From the NCBI RefSeq assembly GCF_009914755.1, contig NC_060930.1: a DNA stretch of 64,000 bases; one strand, 5' to 3'. Source of the DNA: the human T2T-CHM13v2.0 reference genome, Homo sapiens. Under the pieces are notes generated by a model, which had not been told where the DNA came from, made no database searches, and saw nothing but the letters and a program-made list of their open reading frames with translations. Shown here piece after piece: positions 48,885 through 62,062 of this stretch. The position numbers were made by a program, and so were the translations under genes. Within the stretch, counting starts at the first letter, position 1. Each line of letters begins with the position of its first letter.

Positions 48885-50191
48885 GACCATATATTGAAAG
48901 GGTATAGAAAAGTATTTGAAATTATGAAAGCCTAGTACTTATCTCTACTTTTCCCTTGCCCTATTAAATCAAAACGTACAGCAATAGAACCCAGAAATCT
49001 CTCATTGCTCCATAGGTAATACTAATGTGTAACCACTAGCAAAACATAATTTCTTACTTTAAAAAAAATAGCTCCTGTTGTATGTTTACCCTCTGCAAGT
49101 TACCTTACATGCCTTGCCTCATTTAATCCTCACAAAAAAACAGTAAATATTATTATCCTAAAATTTTCTAGGATAGAAAACTGGAGCATCAATGAGTCAG
49201 AAAAAAGAAGGAAAAACAAAAGTACAAATTTTAGAGCAAGGTCTTCAATCCATGATTGGAAGTCAAAGGCTGACCCCTTTCTACTATGCTACACTACTCC
49301 TCACTCCACTCTATTATCTATGTTTACTAGTATTTTTATTTCTAATTCTCATTATGTATTTGTGTGTATATGTAAAGTGACAAATCAGCTGGAAAATCCA
49401 CATTTACAAAAGGTGCTAATACCTCATATGGTAATGCAGTACTGTAAGATGTTTATGAATAAAAGGAATGTGGCCCTGACTGACGTGGAATAATTTAAAT
49501 CTCAGTAGAGATAATGATGCTGCATCCCATACTTACTTTTGAGAATATGGTGGACTTTAAAATAACACTGCTGCATAATAAATAAGGAGTGACTGCAATT
49601 AATGCATACCTCACTGCCTAAGGTTTCCCAAAAGAGAAGGGAAAGCCTTCCTATTTCCAAGGTGGGAATGTTCTTCAACGCTCTCCTGACCTTTCTCCAG
49701 TTTCCTCCTTTCTCACCTTTCTTTAAACCCTTTTCACTTTTTCTTCTCTTTTCACCTGCAAGTCTATTGACAGGTAAGTGAGAGAAGAGAAAAGAAAAAG
49801 CTAGTATTTATTAAGCACCTGCAATCTGTCAAAAATTTTCATTAGTGGTATATTATAACCCCCCTGAATTAGCTTTTGCTATGTTATACACTAACATGCA
49901 ATTGTCAAATTTCAGTGGCATACAAAAACAAAGATTGATTTCTAGGTCATGCCACATGTAGGCAGCTGGGTTCTGCTTCCCATTTCTAGACTCAGGCTGA
50001 AGGCACAGTTGCCATTGGGAACATGCCATTTTTATGGAAAAGATAAAAACAAGCAACAAGATCACTCTTAAATATCTGCATGAATATAATATATGTCCTT
50101 TCTTTCTTACATTTTTGACAAATGCAAGTCAAAGTGAGCCCAATATCAGTGGAGTAGTAAATATTGACCTCCCATAGAAAGTAGTGCTCTA

Positions 50192-50608
<417 letters not shown>

Positions 50609-51054
50609 CTATCGCGATACCCTTTTTATATAGGGGAAACATGAGGCTCAGAGGTTAAATTAACTGTCCAAGAGTAGTGCATCTAGTGGACGACTCATTT
50701 AAGATTGTAGTCAAGTTTTTTCTAATTCTACAGCCACTGTTCTTGGATTTGCATAGCCAAGTTGAAGAGAGGGGAGACAGACTTAGTTCTCTCTTCTATT
50801 ATTTTTTAATCTTTCATTCCAAATATTTTCTAAAACATCACGTCACCTTAAGGATCTAGGAATAATCTTTGATTTAATCCTCTTCATTTTTTCATATTAA
50901 ATAAAACTCTACATTGTCTAATGCTTAATAATGATACAATTTTTTGAGCACTTAACTTGTGCCAAACACTATTTCAAACTCTCTTCACATACTGTTTTAT
51001 TTAATTTTGAACCATAAGTTTTGTGGTAGGCATCATATCACTTTAAAGACAAAG

Positions 51055-51333
51055 GGCTACACATAGTGGCTCATCCATGTAATCCTAGAGCTTTGGGAGG
51101 CCAAGGTAAGAGGATTGCTTGAGGCCGGGAGTTTGAGGCCAGCCTGGGCAATAATAGCAAGGCCTTGTCTCTAGAAAAAATAAAAATTAGTAGGGCATGG
51201 TGACATGCCCCTGTAGTCCTAGCTACTCAGGAGGCTGAGACAGGAGGATTGCTTGAGCCCAGGAGTTCAAAGTTGCAGTGAAGTATGATTGTGTAACCTG
51301 GGCAACAAAGCAAGAACTTATCTCAATAAAAAA
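51055..51333 (+). mobile_element. AluJ
   Basis: Diverged dimeric Alu with ggaggattgcttgagcccaggagttc. Confidence 0.88.
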
Positions 51334-52261
51334 GGATAAAAACATTGAGGAAAAAATCTCAATAACTTGCCTAAAATGACTGACTGGGAGTGAAGTAGAG
51401 CTGGTTTTTAATCCATATCTGATGTTAACACTTGTGCTTCTATGCTCTGCATCATTCTGCTTTCTAATGAAAATCTCTGTTTTAAATATATCCTACACTT
51501 CTCTCTTCTCGTCTCCAGCTTCTATTGCCTATGTTTAGTTTTTATCTTGTTAAGCCTAAATTTCTGCTGTTGCTTTCTAGTTAGATTTCACTCATGAAAC
51601 CAACCTATATACCAAGACTAGACTAATTCTTAAACTCTGCCTTGATCACTTTTGTGTGCAGAAGACATTCATTGCTCTCCCTTCTTCCTACTTTCATCCT
51701 TCCCTCATATAAACTCCTTCATCTGATTTCCAAGGACACCCAGAGTGCAAATTATTCTTATTTCCCACTAGTCCTCAAAGTGTACCATTTACCTGGTTGT
51801 CCCTTATTGATTCAACCTTGCTTTATTTACATTTTTCCCCTTACTGGAAACTAGATCAAGAACTTTACGGGAGCAAGGTCATGCATCATTTTATGAATAT
51901 CTCTCCATATTGATTGTCATTATGCTAGCTTTGAAGTAGGAAGTAATTACTTACGTAGGTAACCTTTACTTGGGTCCAAATATGGTGCTTTTCATCACAT
52001 TGTTATGTGGACATTTACAGGTAACTAGGAATAAATGATCCATGAATTCATTTCTGGTTCTGCTGTAATGGGTCTCCTGAATAGACAGCAGATTCTAAAT
52101 TCTCCATATCTCATGGGGACATGTTGGGAAATTGAAGAATGCCAGATTAACTGGCAGCAAAAGTGGGATTGATGTTGCATCACATCGCCCTCTCTAAGCA
52201 ACAATAAGAATAGCACTTGAAAGGTCAGGCATCTTTCAAACCTCAGGGTGAAAAGTTTGCT

Positions 52262-52519
52262 TGAACACATGGACAAATAGAGGGGAACAACACACTTGGG
52301 GGCCTGCTAGAGGGTGGAGGGTGGGAGGAGGGAGAGGATTAAAAAAATAACTAATGGATACTAGGTTTAATACCTGGGCGATAAAATAATTTGCACAACA
52401 AACTTCCATGACACAAGTTCACCTATGTAACAAACCTACACATGTACCCTTGAACTTAAAAATTAAACAAAATAGAATAACATAATATAAAATAAATAAC
52501 TGAAAAAGAAAAAAGGAAA
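52262..52519 (+). mobile_element. L1PA (old primate) 3'-end fragment
   Basis: L1 3' UTR and A-rich tail. TSD GAAAA(G/A)TTTGCTTG at 52250-52263 and 52520-52533. Confidence 0.85.
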
Positions 52520-53029
52520 GAAAAATTTGCTTGGCTCCCAGAAAAACATATGAAGAGAAATTGTCGTACATAGCGTTTGCATATACGTGTGTCTAGTAGA
52601 GGTAAGGATTATAAATTAGTACTTACATTTATCAACACACAATGTTTTCAGTGTGGTGTTCTCTTGCCTTCCATTGACTAAGCAAAAATAAAGATCCTCA
52701 ATGAACATCTTATGCCTGCACACATTTTATAAATCCTTGCCATTTAATCACATATATCCATGTTTTCCAATTTGTTTTCTTGGATTCTAAAATATATCCC
52801 CTGGAGAAAGTAAATTTAGGTAATGTATGCCACTATATTATGTCAAAAAAACTGAAAATTACTTGCAACTAAAATGCATATATTACATCTAACCCAAAAT
52901 TTTCTAAAGTCATTTACTTATGGGATCTTTTGTTTGCCTAACCCATAAAAGTATTCTGTAGAACCAGTGTTTTATGGAACATAATTCTAAAAACTCTGCC
53001 TCTTCTAAAAAAGACGTTGAATTTACTGT

Positions 53030-54260
53030 GTCCCCTTGAAAATAGAGAATGACAGATGGTTCTACTTGAGTAAAATGGCCTGAGAAAATCTTTCCCAGAA
53101 GGTGGTCTTTAGGCAGACACCTGAAGAAAGAGAAGGAGTCTGTTCTAGGAAGAGGCAATAGCAAGGGTTGAGTGCTCCAGCAGTAAAGAAAATGTTTAAT
53201 GTGTTTGGCAAACTAAAAGGAAGTAAGAGAAAGAGGAAGGAAGGAAAAGAGGCAAGGGGGGAGGAAAGAAGCCTCTTGGTGGCTGGAATGAAATGGGCAA
53301 AGACGAGATTTAATATACCAAAGAGATTGCTAGAGTTTAGATCATGTGGGACTTCCTAGACATGATAGAGGCTTTAGGATTTCATTTAAGTTCAGTGAGA
53401 GGCTATTTAAAGATTTGAAGTAGGGGAAATTAATGATTTCATTTGGATGTTTAATAGATAATCCTGATTGCTTTCCTTGTAGTCAGGCAGAAGTGAAAAC
53501 AGGAAAAAAGTTGAGATTACTGGGGGTATTTATTGAAGCACCTATGCTGGAATATGATGATCACTTTAGCTAGTTCAGTGCAGTTTGCAATGAGGAAGAA
53601 TAAAGATACCTATTTATGTAAAATCAACAAGACAAACTGGCTAATGGGATATACGATTGAAAGAAGGGAAAAAATCTAGGATAATTTCCAGATTACCTGA
53701 ATAATATAGATGGGCCATTTCATTTACTGAGATGAGAAACACAGTGAGAGAAGTAAGTATAGTAAGAGGAAACCTACATTTAGTTTAGAACTTGTTAAAT
53801 ATGAGATGGTTATAAGATATGCAAGCAAAAATATCAAGAAGGTAGCTTGAAATGAATCTGTAGTTTACTTAAAATCATTGGAAAACTGAGATCACTCAGT
53901 AAGATTATTAGGTTTCTTCTTACTTAAGGGGAGGGGCAGGACTGAATCTTATTAAAGGGAAGGGCCAGGACTGAACTCCAGCCTTTAGAAGTTGAAGACA
54001 GCAGAAGAAGCCAGTGAAGAAGAATATTTGAAATGACCAAGTAGGCCTTAGCTGATCTTGAAATAATAATTTCAGTGGACTAGTGAAGCAAAAACCTGTT
54101 TGGAAATGTAAAGTGAAATGGGTTGAGGATCAGAGACAATTATCAAGACAACTATTTCAAGACATTTGGCTATTGAAGGATAGTCAGAAAAGGTGGAAGG
54201 TAGTTGTCATATTGACAGTTTAATGCAGTAGTGTGGGATCTTTTCAAGATGGCTTGAAAA
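53030..54260 (-). mobile_element. Ancient L2 remnants (also likely ~6700-7330, 12420-12780 and 63200-64000)
   Basis: Purine-rich degenerate L2-like motifs such as gccatttcatttactgagatgagaaac and tttaggatttcatttaagttcagtgagaggctatt; boundaries rough. Confidence 0.45.
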
Positions 54261-54749
54261 TGTACTAATGAGAAAGGAGGGAGAACTAGAGGTAACAAAA
54301 TGGTTCCTGAGTCGTCAGCTTTTAAGTGGTCTTTGGGTAATGACTGCAAAGACATCAAATCTGGTGTATTTTCACACCACATTCAACAATACTGAAAAAT
54401 TACACGTGGATCACTTTTTAAAAAATCTCCACTGTCTATTAATAGTAAATGCTCACTAAATACTTTTTGAGGAAAGATAGGAATGAGAGAAGGAGGAGAA
54501 GGAGGAGAGAAAGAAAAATGAGAAAAGGAGCCAAAAAGAAATCCCATATTTTATCCTTGTTTTCCCTTCTACTCTCACTACAATTGTGCATTCTTTCTGA
54601 TGGAGGTTCCCCATTTCATAACTCAGTAACATATAAAACTTTCTGGATTGTCTCATCATTCGAAATGACTGTGAACACTCTCCAAAAGAGTGTTCTCTTT
54701 CTTTTATTTTTTCCTAACTCTCCCCTGTTGTTTTCAATCAGCCTATGGA

Positions 54750-54757
<8 letters not shown>

Positions 54758-54780
<23 letters not shown>
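54758..54780 (+). repeat. (AT)n microsatellite after a poly-A run
   Basis: Direct inspection. Confidence 0.9.
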
Positions 54781-54781
<1 letters not shown>

Positions 54782-56462
54782 GCCAGCTAGGTAAAATTTT
54801 ACACATTTTCCAAAGGGTAGCCATAAGTGAGTTATTCAATGTCAAATGAAGACATCAAAACCTGTCTGGACAATCAGTGGTAATGTCATTTATATATTTT
54901 TTCATTGAAAGTATTCCATACACTGAAACCTCCACATATGAAATATAAAGTCTTGAAATTTATAAATTATAGTACAAACTATTTTCATTATCTTTCATTT
55001 GTCTTATTTATTACAAACTTGCCTAGTGCTTGTGTAATATAATTCAAGGTAAAAATTACTGTTCAATTTTGTGAACTTATTTTTTTCCCATGAAACTCAT
55101 TCTAGATACAGGCATTTTTTCCCCCAAACTGACTCTTCTAAATGTTGCTTTAATTAAAATGAAATGAAGGTTTATAAATTTGCAGTTTGTGATATGTTAA
55201 ATCCCTGTTTCAAATTATATCTCAAGTATTCTGACATTTATTTCTAAATCATTACTTTGTCTCTGATCAACCATAACTTTTACAATGCATTTACTGTTTC
55301 ATGTGAATTATATAAGCAGAGTTTCAGTCCCCATGAACTCTCAACTACTGTTGCACAAGGATTTTGGAAAAAAAAAAAAAAAGAAAAAAGAAACAGTAAT
55401 GCTCACCTCTCCATAGCTCATTTGGGGAGAATATTACCTAAATTTGTTCCTAATGCAAGATTGAAATTAATCTTGATTTCCCATCAAATGTACAAGGATT
55501 TTACAATATAGTTCATAATCGTGTTTAATTTCTCCAGGGTACAAGTTAAGATAAACAAGTCACTGACAGTGTTTATCTATAAATAGAGCAGATGGTCTGG
55601 GGCTGAGGTTAGTTATCAACTTTTCTGACTTTAATTTCACGGTTATAAAACGCTGTAAACCTCACTGTTTATAAAAGGCAGGGAAGGAACTCCAGTGGGC
55701 TTCAGTAGCCAAGAAACCCTCAGTAACATTAATCTTTCTAACTGATATTCGGTATCCTCCTAGGGTGCAATATTTAAGATTGTGGAGTGATTGCTAGACA
55801 AATTTAAATTTTCACTGGGATAATTAGCTAACATTTCTGTCACTGATCTATTATAACGTTGTTAATGAGTTCCATGTGAGAGAAATTTAGTAAATGAGAT
55901 GATTCTTTCTAAACTCTGCTAGGTGAGTGTTTAACAATTAAGGCAGTTACATATCTAAAAAAAGCCTTTTTTCTTTCAAAATAATACTTTTTTCTTCTGC
56001 AAAGATGAACTGTAATACCCAACTAGACTAAATGTACTTAGGGATAGAATTTCATAAGGAAAAACCATAGCATCATTTAAATAATTAATAATCATCTAAT
56101 GTATATTGTATATACTTAGGCCATGAATCCAGCTACAGCTTTTTTTTAAAAAAGGCCATAGAACTTAAAAAGAAGTAAAACTATTGATTCTTCATATTCT
56201 GAATTGATTTAAATACACAATTTTATTGTGATCATTTATTTTGCTAAAGGTCTGTATGATCAATGTGATTAAAATTAATTTTTTTCAAGGACCCCTTATT
56301 AAAAAAAAGTATTATTTAAAATTTCTCATTTTTCCCCTTGCAACTTTATAGTGAATATAAAAGTAATTTTACAATCACAAAAGTAAAAAATAATTCACAA
56401 GTTCTACCTCTATTACTTTTACATTCTTAAGTGGTTTATTTTGCATTCTAACAAGGGGGAAG

Positions 56463-56752
56463 CTTTTTTTTTTTTTTTTTCTGGAGTCAGAGTCTTGGTG
56501 TTTTCACCCAGGCTGGAGTGTAGTGGCTTGATCACAGCTACGTCAATCTGGAATGCCTGGGCTCAAGTGATCCTCACACCTCAGCCTCCAGAGAAGTTTG
56601 GACTACAGGTGTGCACCACCATGCCCAGCTAATCTTTAAACTTTTTAGAGATGGGGTCTTGCTATGTTGGCCAGGCTGGCTTCAAACTCCTGGGCTCAAG
56701 TGATCTTCCCAACTTAGCCTTCCAAAGTGCTGGTTTTACAGGCATCAGCCAC
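56463..56752 (-). mobile_element. AluJ, antisense
   Basis: Poly-T followed by reverse-complement Alu with J-type ctcctgggctcaagtgatc. Confidence 0.9.
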
Positions 56753-56823
56753 ATTGGAGGTTTCTTAAATAGATGGTAATCCAATATGCAAATTGGAGAC
56801 TAAAACTATTTTAAAAAAATGCC

Positions 56824-57131
<308 letters not shown>

Positions 57132-57390
57132 AAAAAAATGCCTTAACTGTATTTGAGTTCAGACTCCCTGAGAATGAGTTTTCTAATGACAAAATCCTCA
57201 CTTTTCTAGTCTTGTGTTGGGCTGCTGCTTTCTGACCCACTCTGGGAGGTTTACTACTGGTCTGAAACTCCAATCTATCTCTCTACTGATTATTGTTAAC
57301 ACAGTGCTCAAATCTTGGCTCCCAATAAGCTGTCTTCTGAATAGCAGCAGCCCTAGGTGGAGAGATAACTGAATGGAACATTTGCTAATA

Positions 57391-57742
57391 AAGTCATGTA
57401 CCTCGTAAGGACATTCTGGTCAATGACAGACAGACAGACTATACATCAGTGGTCCCATAAGATTATAATACCGTATTTTTTATAGTATCTTTTCTATGTT
57501 TATATGCTTAAATATGCAAATATTTACCATTGCATTAAAGTTGCCTAAAGTATTTAGTACAATAGCACACACTGTGCATGTTTGTAACCTAAAAACAAAG
57601 GCTATATTATATAGCCTAGGCATGTGGTAGGCTATACCACCCAGGTTGGTGTAAGTACACTCTATGATGTTCACACAAGCACAAAATCGACTAAGCATGC
57701 ATTTTTCAGTGCATATCCCCATCATTAAGCAATGCATGACTG
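57391..57742 (+). mobile_element. Tigger3a-like MITE (second copy)
   Basis: agtcatgtacc...gtggtcccataagattataata...catcattaagcaatgcatgactg; homologous to 42927-43292. Confidence 0.75.
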
Positions 57743-58767
57743 TAGATTTTCTTATCTCCCTTCCTGCTCAGAGTCTGTTGTCACTAGTTTTCATCGGATG
57801 TAATATCCCACTGTTTGATACATTCATTTTTGTAAACAACTGTCTACTCATAGTTAGTGTCAGGTCTCAAAAATGCAGGAAGCATCTATAACAGAAGACC
57901 GCAACCTCTCTAAAATGGGAGCTTTATCTCATTTTTCTTACTGCCTCAAAACCAGCTTTCATTACATAAATTGGTTACTAAACTATTGGTATGTTTGACA
58001 TTCATATTTGTGTACAATTACTCAAAACTCGGAGTGATTTCACTTTAAAGTTATTGATAAAAATCACCTAAAAGAGATCTATCAGTTAATTGTAACAATT
58101 GCATCTTTCTGTTGTTAAAGTAGAAAAGCCAGAGAAAAGATTGTCCTCACAGGGAAAGATTTGTTTTTATGAACTGATCACTCTAAAGCATGATTTCTAA
58201 AATTGTGAGCTATTGGAAACTGGTGGGAATGTATTTCTCAGAAACATGGCCAAGAAGACTAGCACCTCAGAATGGCCAGGAATAGCTCTGAAGGGAGGCA
58301 AAAATAGGTAACAGGAGAAACCGAAGTTTTAGCTAATAGAGAGAAAAAGAGAACAAGGGAAAAAAGCAAAACTAGGTATTCCAGTATCTGAGTGCAGAGG
58401 TACATTAAAATAATCACTTTTGTAAAGAAAGGATCTTTTTCAATATCCCAAAGATGGCCTAAAGTAACCATCTTTTATTTTTCTTGTCTGTATATAAGAT
58501 ACAATGATTTATGTTATAAAATATAATCATTGTACTAATCTTGGTTTGCAAAAAATAAAAGCTTATACACGGAAATTATCTGATTAAAAGGGGAAAAACA
58601 GGCTGTTAAAATTTAAGAAAATTGTTCCTAGTTTTATTCAAATCTATCAGATTAAAATAATGTAATGGAAATAAATTGCTGCCTTAAAAGATAAAGCAAA
58701 TTGTAATCCATAAAATTAAAATAATGTATGATATGTAACTAATCTCATTTTTATGATTTTCTTTCAG

Positions 58768-58863
58768 ATTATCCAACCCTGTCTAATGTCAAAGGCATGG
58801 CATTGTATACAAGAAAACATGCAAACAAAATCACTTTAACTGGATTTCATTCCCCCTTCAATG
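58768..58863 (+). CDS. GFRAL: GFRAL exon 7 (membrane-proximal stalk): (N)YPTLSNVKGMALYTRKHANKITLTGFHSPFN(G)
   Basis: tttcag acceptor, G|gtcagt donor, 96 nt, phase 1-1, in frame with exon 6 across a ~40-kb intron. Confidence 0.95.
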
Positions 58864-58956
58864 GTCAGTTAAAAATCAATCCTCTATAATATTTATATTA
58901 TTTATTTCCTCTAAAAATCCAGTGACTATTATTTCTTAATCTTTTTCTTTTTCTAG

Positions 58957-59029
58957 GAGAAGTAATCTATGCTGCCATGTGCATGACAGTCACCTGTGGA
59001 ATCCTTCTGTTGGTTATGGTCAAGCTTAG
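58957..59029 (+). CDS. GFRAL: GFRAL exon 8 (transmembrane helix): EVIYAAMCMTVTCGILLLVMVKL(R)
   Basis: ttctag acceptor after a 93-nt intron, AG|gtaact donor, 73 nt. Encodes a ~20-residue hydrophobic stretch. Confidence 0.95.
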
Positions 59030-61375
59030 GTAACTGAATATAAATTAGAAGGAAAGGTCTGAAAGGGAGTCACTTAGCTGTGTTAAAGCATGTTGCACAA
59101 TGGCTGAGCTTACAAAGAGCCTGAGAATGAAAGCTTCTCTGTTAAGACATACTAAATCAAGTTTTATGTGGCATAGGTCCATGGAAACGTTACTTTCAGT
59201 CTTCCTACATAAGGAAAATGTGATCATAGGAGATTTTTTATGTTGCATTTTATAAGCACATATGCATTGTATGTTCCTTCCAATTAAACTCTTATCCATC
59301 TTTCCCCTTGGCTTCCCTACCAAATCCAAATTGAACTTTGCTGCATTTGTTATTCAAATCATTTGCATGATTGATAGGCTCACATAACTGACCTATTGTT
59401 TACTGCATACAGTTTGTATTTACCTGAAGATGTATTCTTCACTCTAATATCTTATATGCTAATACATTTTATTCATTTTTAATAGGCAATTATTGAAAAA
59501 GACATTTCATAAAGCCTCACAGAGTGCCCCTAGAAAGACATTACCATTGCCTGACATTAATTTATTCTCCAAATCTTGGCTGCTTTTATTGCTGGAATGT
59601 AGTAATGCTCCAGCAGGCATGTGAGACATTGAGATGAGATATACATCAACCTCTAGATTTCTAAACGTCTAGTGTTTAAAATTTTTCCACTTATTTAGCA
59701 TTTACAACTATACATAAAATAGTGTAGACTTGCCTTTAATTAAAAAAACTCATATTTAAACATCAATCATGTTCATTTGCTTATTCTTTACACATATGGG
59801 TACATGTCTGTAAAATTTGAGTAGCATAAATGTTAATGAAGAAATATACATAAGTGTGTATACAGCCATATATACATGTAAGTACATACACAAATTATAT
59901 CAGTAAGATTGGGCCTTCAGAGGAACAGAAGTATTCACCGGAGATTTACCTTATGACATCTGACACCTAGAAAGATTAATTCAGTCAACTCTACAATACA
60001 TATAAACATATCTTGCTCCTCCAGAGATCTCAGACTTAAAAAGGCCTTGACAATTAGGCAAATAAAAGACTGGCATGAGAAGGTGTACGGTGATACCAAG
60101 GGGTCAGGTACATACGGACATCCTAATTTATTTATTTTTAAATGCAATGCCAGCTAAACAAAATGTATCCACTGTTTGGACCCAACCCCTCTAAGCATTT
60201 AATTTGTTGTTAACTAAAATCAGTACCAAAACACACTGCTTTTCTCCAAGCCTTAAAAGTTACATTTGTATGAGAAGACATTCCATGGGTTCTAAGATAT
60301 GGGTTGAAAGCCAAATAATTAGAGTCCATTGCTAAGAGGGAAAAATAGCATTTGGAATTTATTAAAGTTTACTTTATTTGGTTTTAAGTACTTGAGAACA
60401 CTGTTTAGTTATTGTTCCTGCCTAGATATTCCATGACAAACATTGTTACAACAAAATATGGACAGTTTTCTGGCCCAGCAAAAACATCTTACTTTAATGG
60501 TTCTCAATCTTTACTTCTTAACTACATACAGAACGTATAAAATTTACACCTGTTCCATGATCCCACTGGTTTTTAGATATTACTGTTTTGCTACAGATAC
60601 AAGATATAGACTACTCATAATTCCCTATGTATTTGCTGTAACTTCGTCTTTTTTCTCACCTGCATAGAAGGCATATCCCTTTTTTGGATGGCAGTGGGGG
60701 CGTTATTATTATGGACAAATGTTTTGAATTTATTCTAATGTGTATTTTAAAGCAAATTATTCATACTATTAAATATATTTGTATTTAGTTACAAATTATT
60801 TTCATATAATTTAAAATTTATCATAATGTGTAATCGGAAAACTCCAGGCCCAGGATAAAAGAGACAAAATTTAAAGCCATCATAAAAAGAACAAACTGAA
60901 ACAAAAGCATCATTGGCAACAAAACCTGTATTGCCCCACACCTGGAGATAAATAATGCTCCCTAAAGAAAGAAGAATGATTGCTATTTCAGACATTGTTC
61001 ACTCACCTGATGGTCAAGCCCAACCCATGTGAATACCTGTCTTCTGTAAGGAATAAGATAGTTGCATTTGTTTCATGTTATGCTATATTCAAATAGCCCA
61101 GAGCCTTCAACGAAGTTTGCAGAGAAACAACTAAAAATTTAAATATTTACAAAAAGAAAGGACTTTTTAAAAAATGATTACATGGACATCATAGTTAAAG
61201 GTGTGATGCTCCCTAGAAAGAAAATATGATATTTTACTATTGGGACTTTACATTCTGGAACTTGATTAGTTTTTTCCTCCAGGTGCAGACTCCAGCAAAA
61301 ATGCAAACACACACAAGCACATTTGTGAAATCCTTAAAATGGCATGTTGTTAACTTTTACTTTTATTTTATACAG

Positions 61376-61439
61376 AACTTCCAGAATATCAAGTAAAGCA
61401 AGAGATCCTTCACCGATCCAAATACCTGGAGAACTCTGA
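61376..61439 (+). CDS. GFRAL: GFRAL exon 9 coding part (short cytoplasmic tail): TSRISSKARDPSPIQIPGEL*
   Basis: tacag acceptor, in frame with exon 8, TGA stop at 61437-61439. Matches recalled GFRAL C-terminus except Pro at codon 387. Confidence 0.95.
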
Positions 61440-61464
61440 TTCATTAGGAGTCATGGACCTATAA

Positions 61465-61862
<398 letters not shown>

Positions 61863-62056
61863 ACAACAATCACTTTCTTTAAAGCAAATCCTACAGCTGG
61901 TCAACACACTATTCCATCTGTCATCGAGAAAGAAAATGTTAAAATAGACTTAAAAATATTGCTTTGTTACATATAATAATATGGCATGATGATGTTATTT
62001 TTTTCTTAATACTCAAGAAAAATATATGGTGGTATCTTTTACAACACTGGAACAGA

Positions 62057-62062
62057 AATAAA
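62057..62062 (+). terminator. GFRAL: Polyadenylation signal AATAAA, probable end of GFRAL 3' UTR (UTR ~61440-62080)
   Basis: First canonical AATAAA seen after the stop codon and the UTR Alu, followed by GT/T-rich sequence. Confidence 0.75.

Noticed and set aside
53918-53976. Imperfect ~29-bp tandem duplication ending caggactgaa
   Set aside because: Only two diverged copies within an L2 remnant; not an array and no functional sign.
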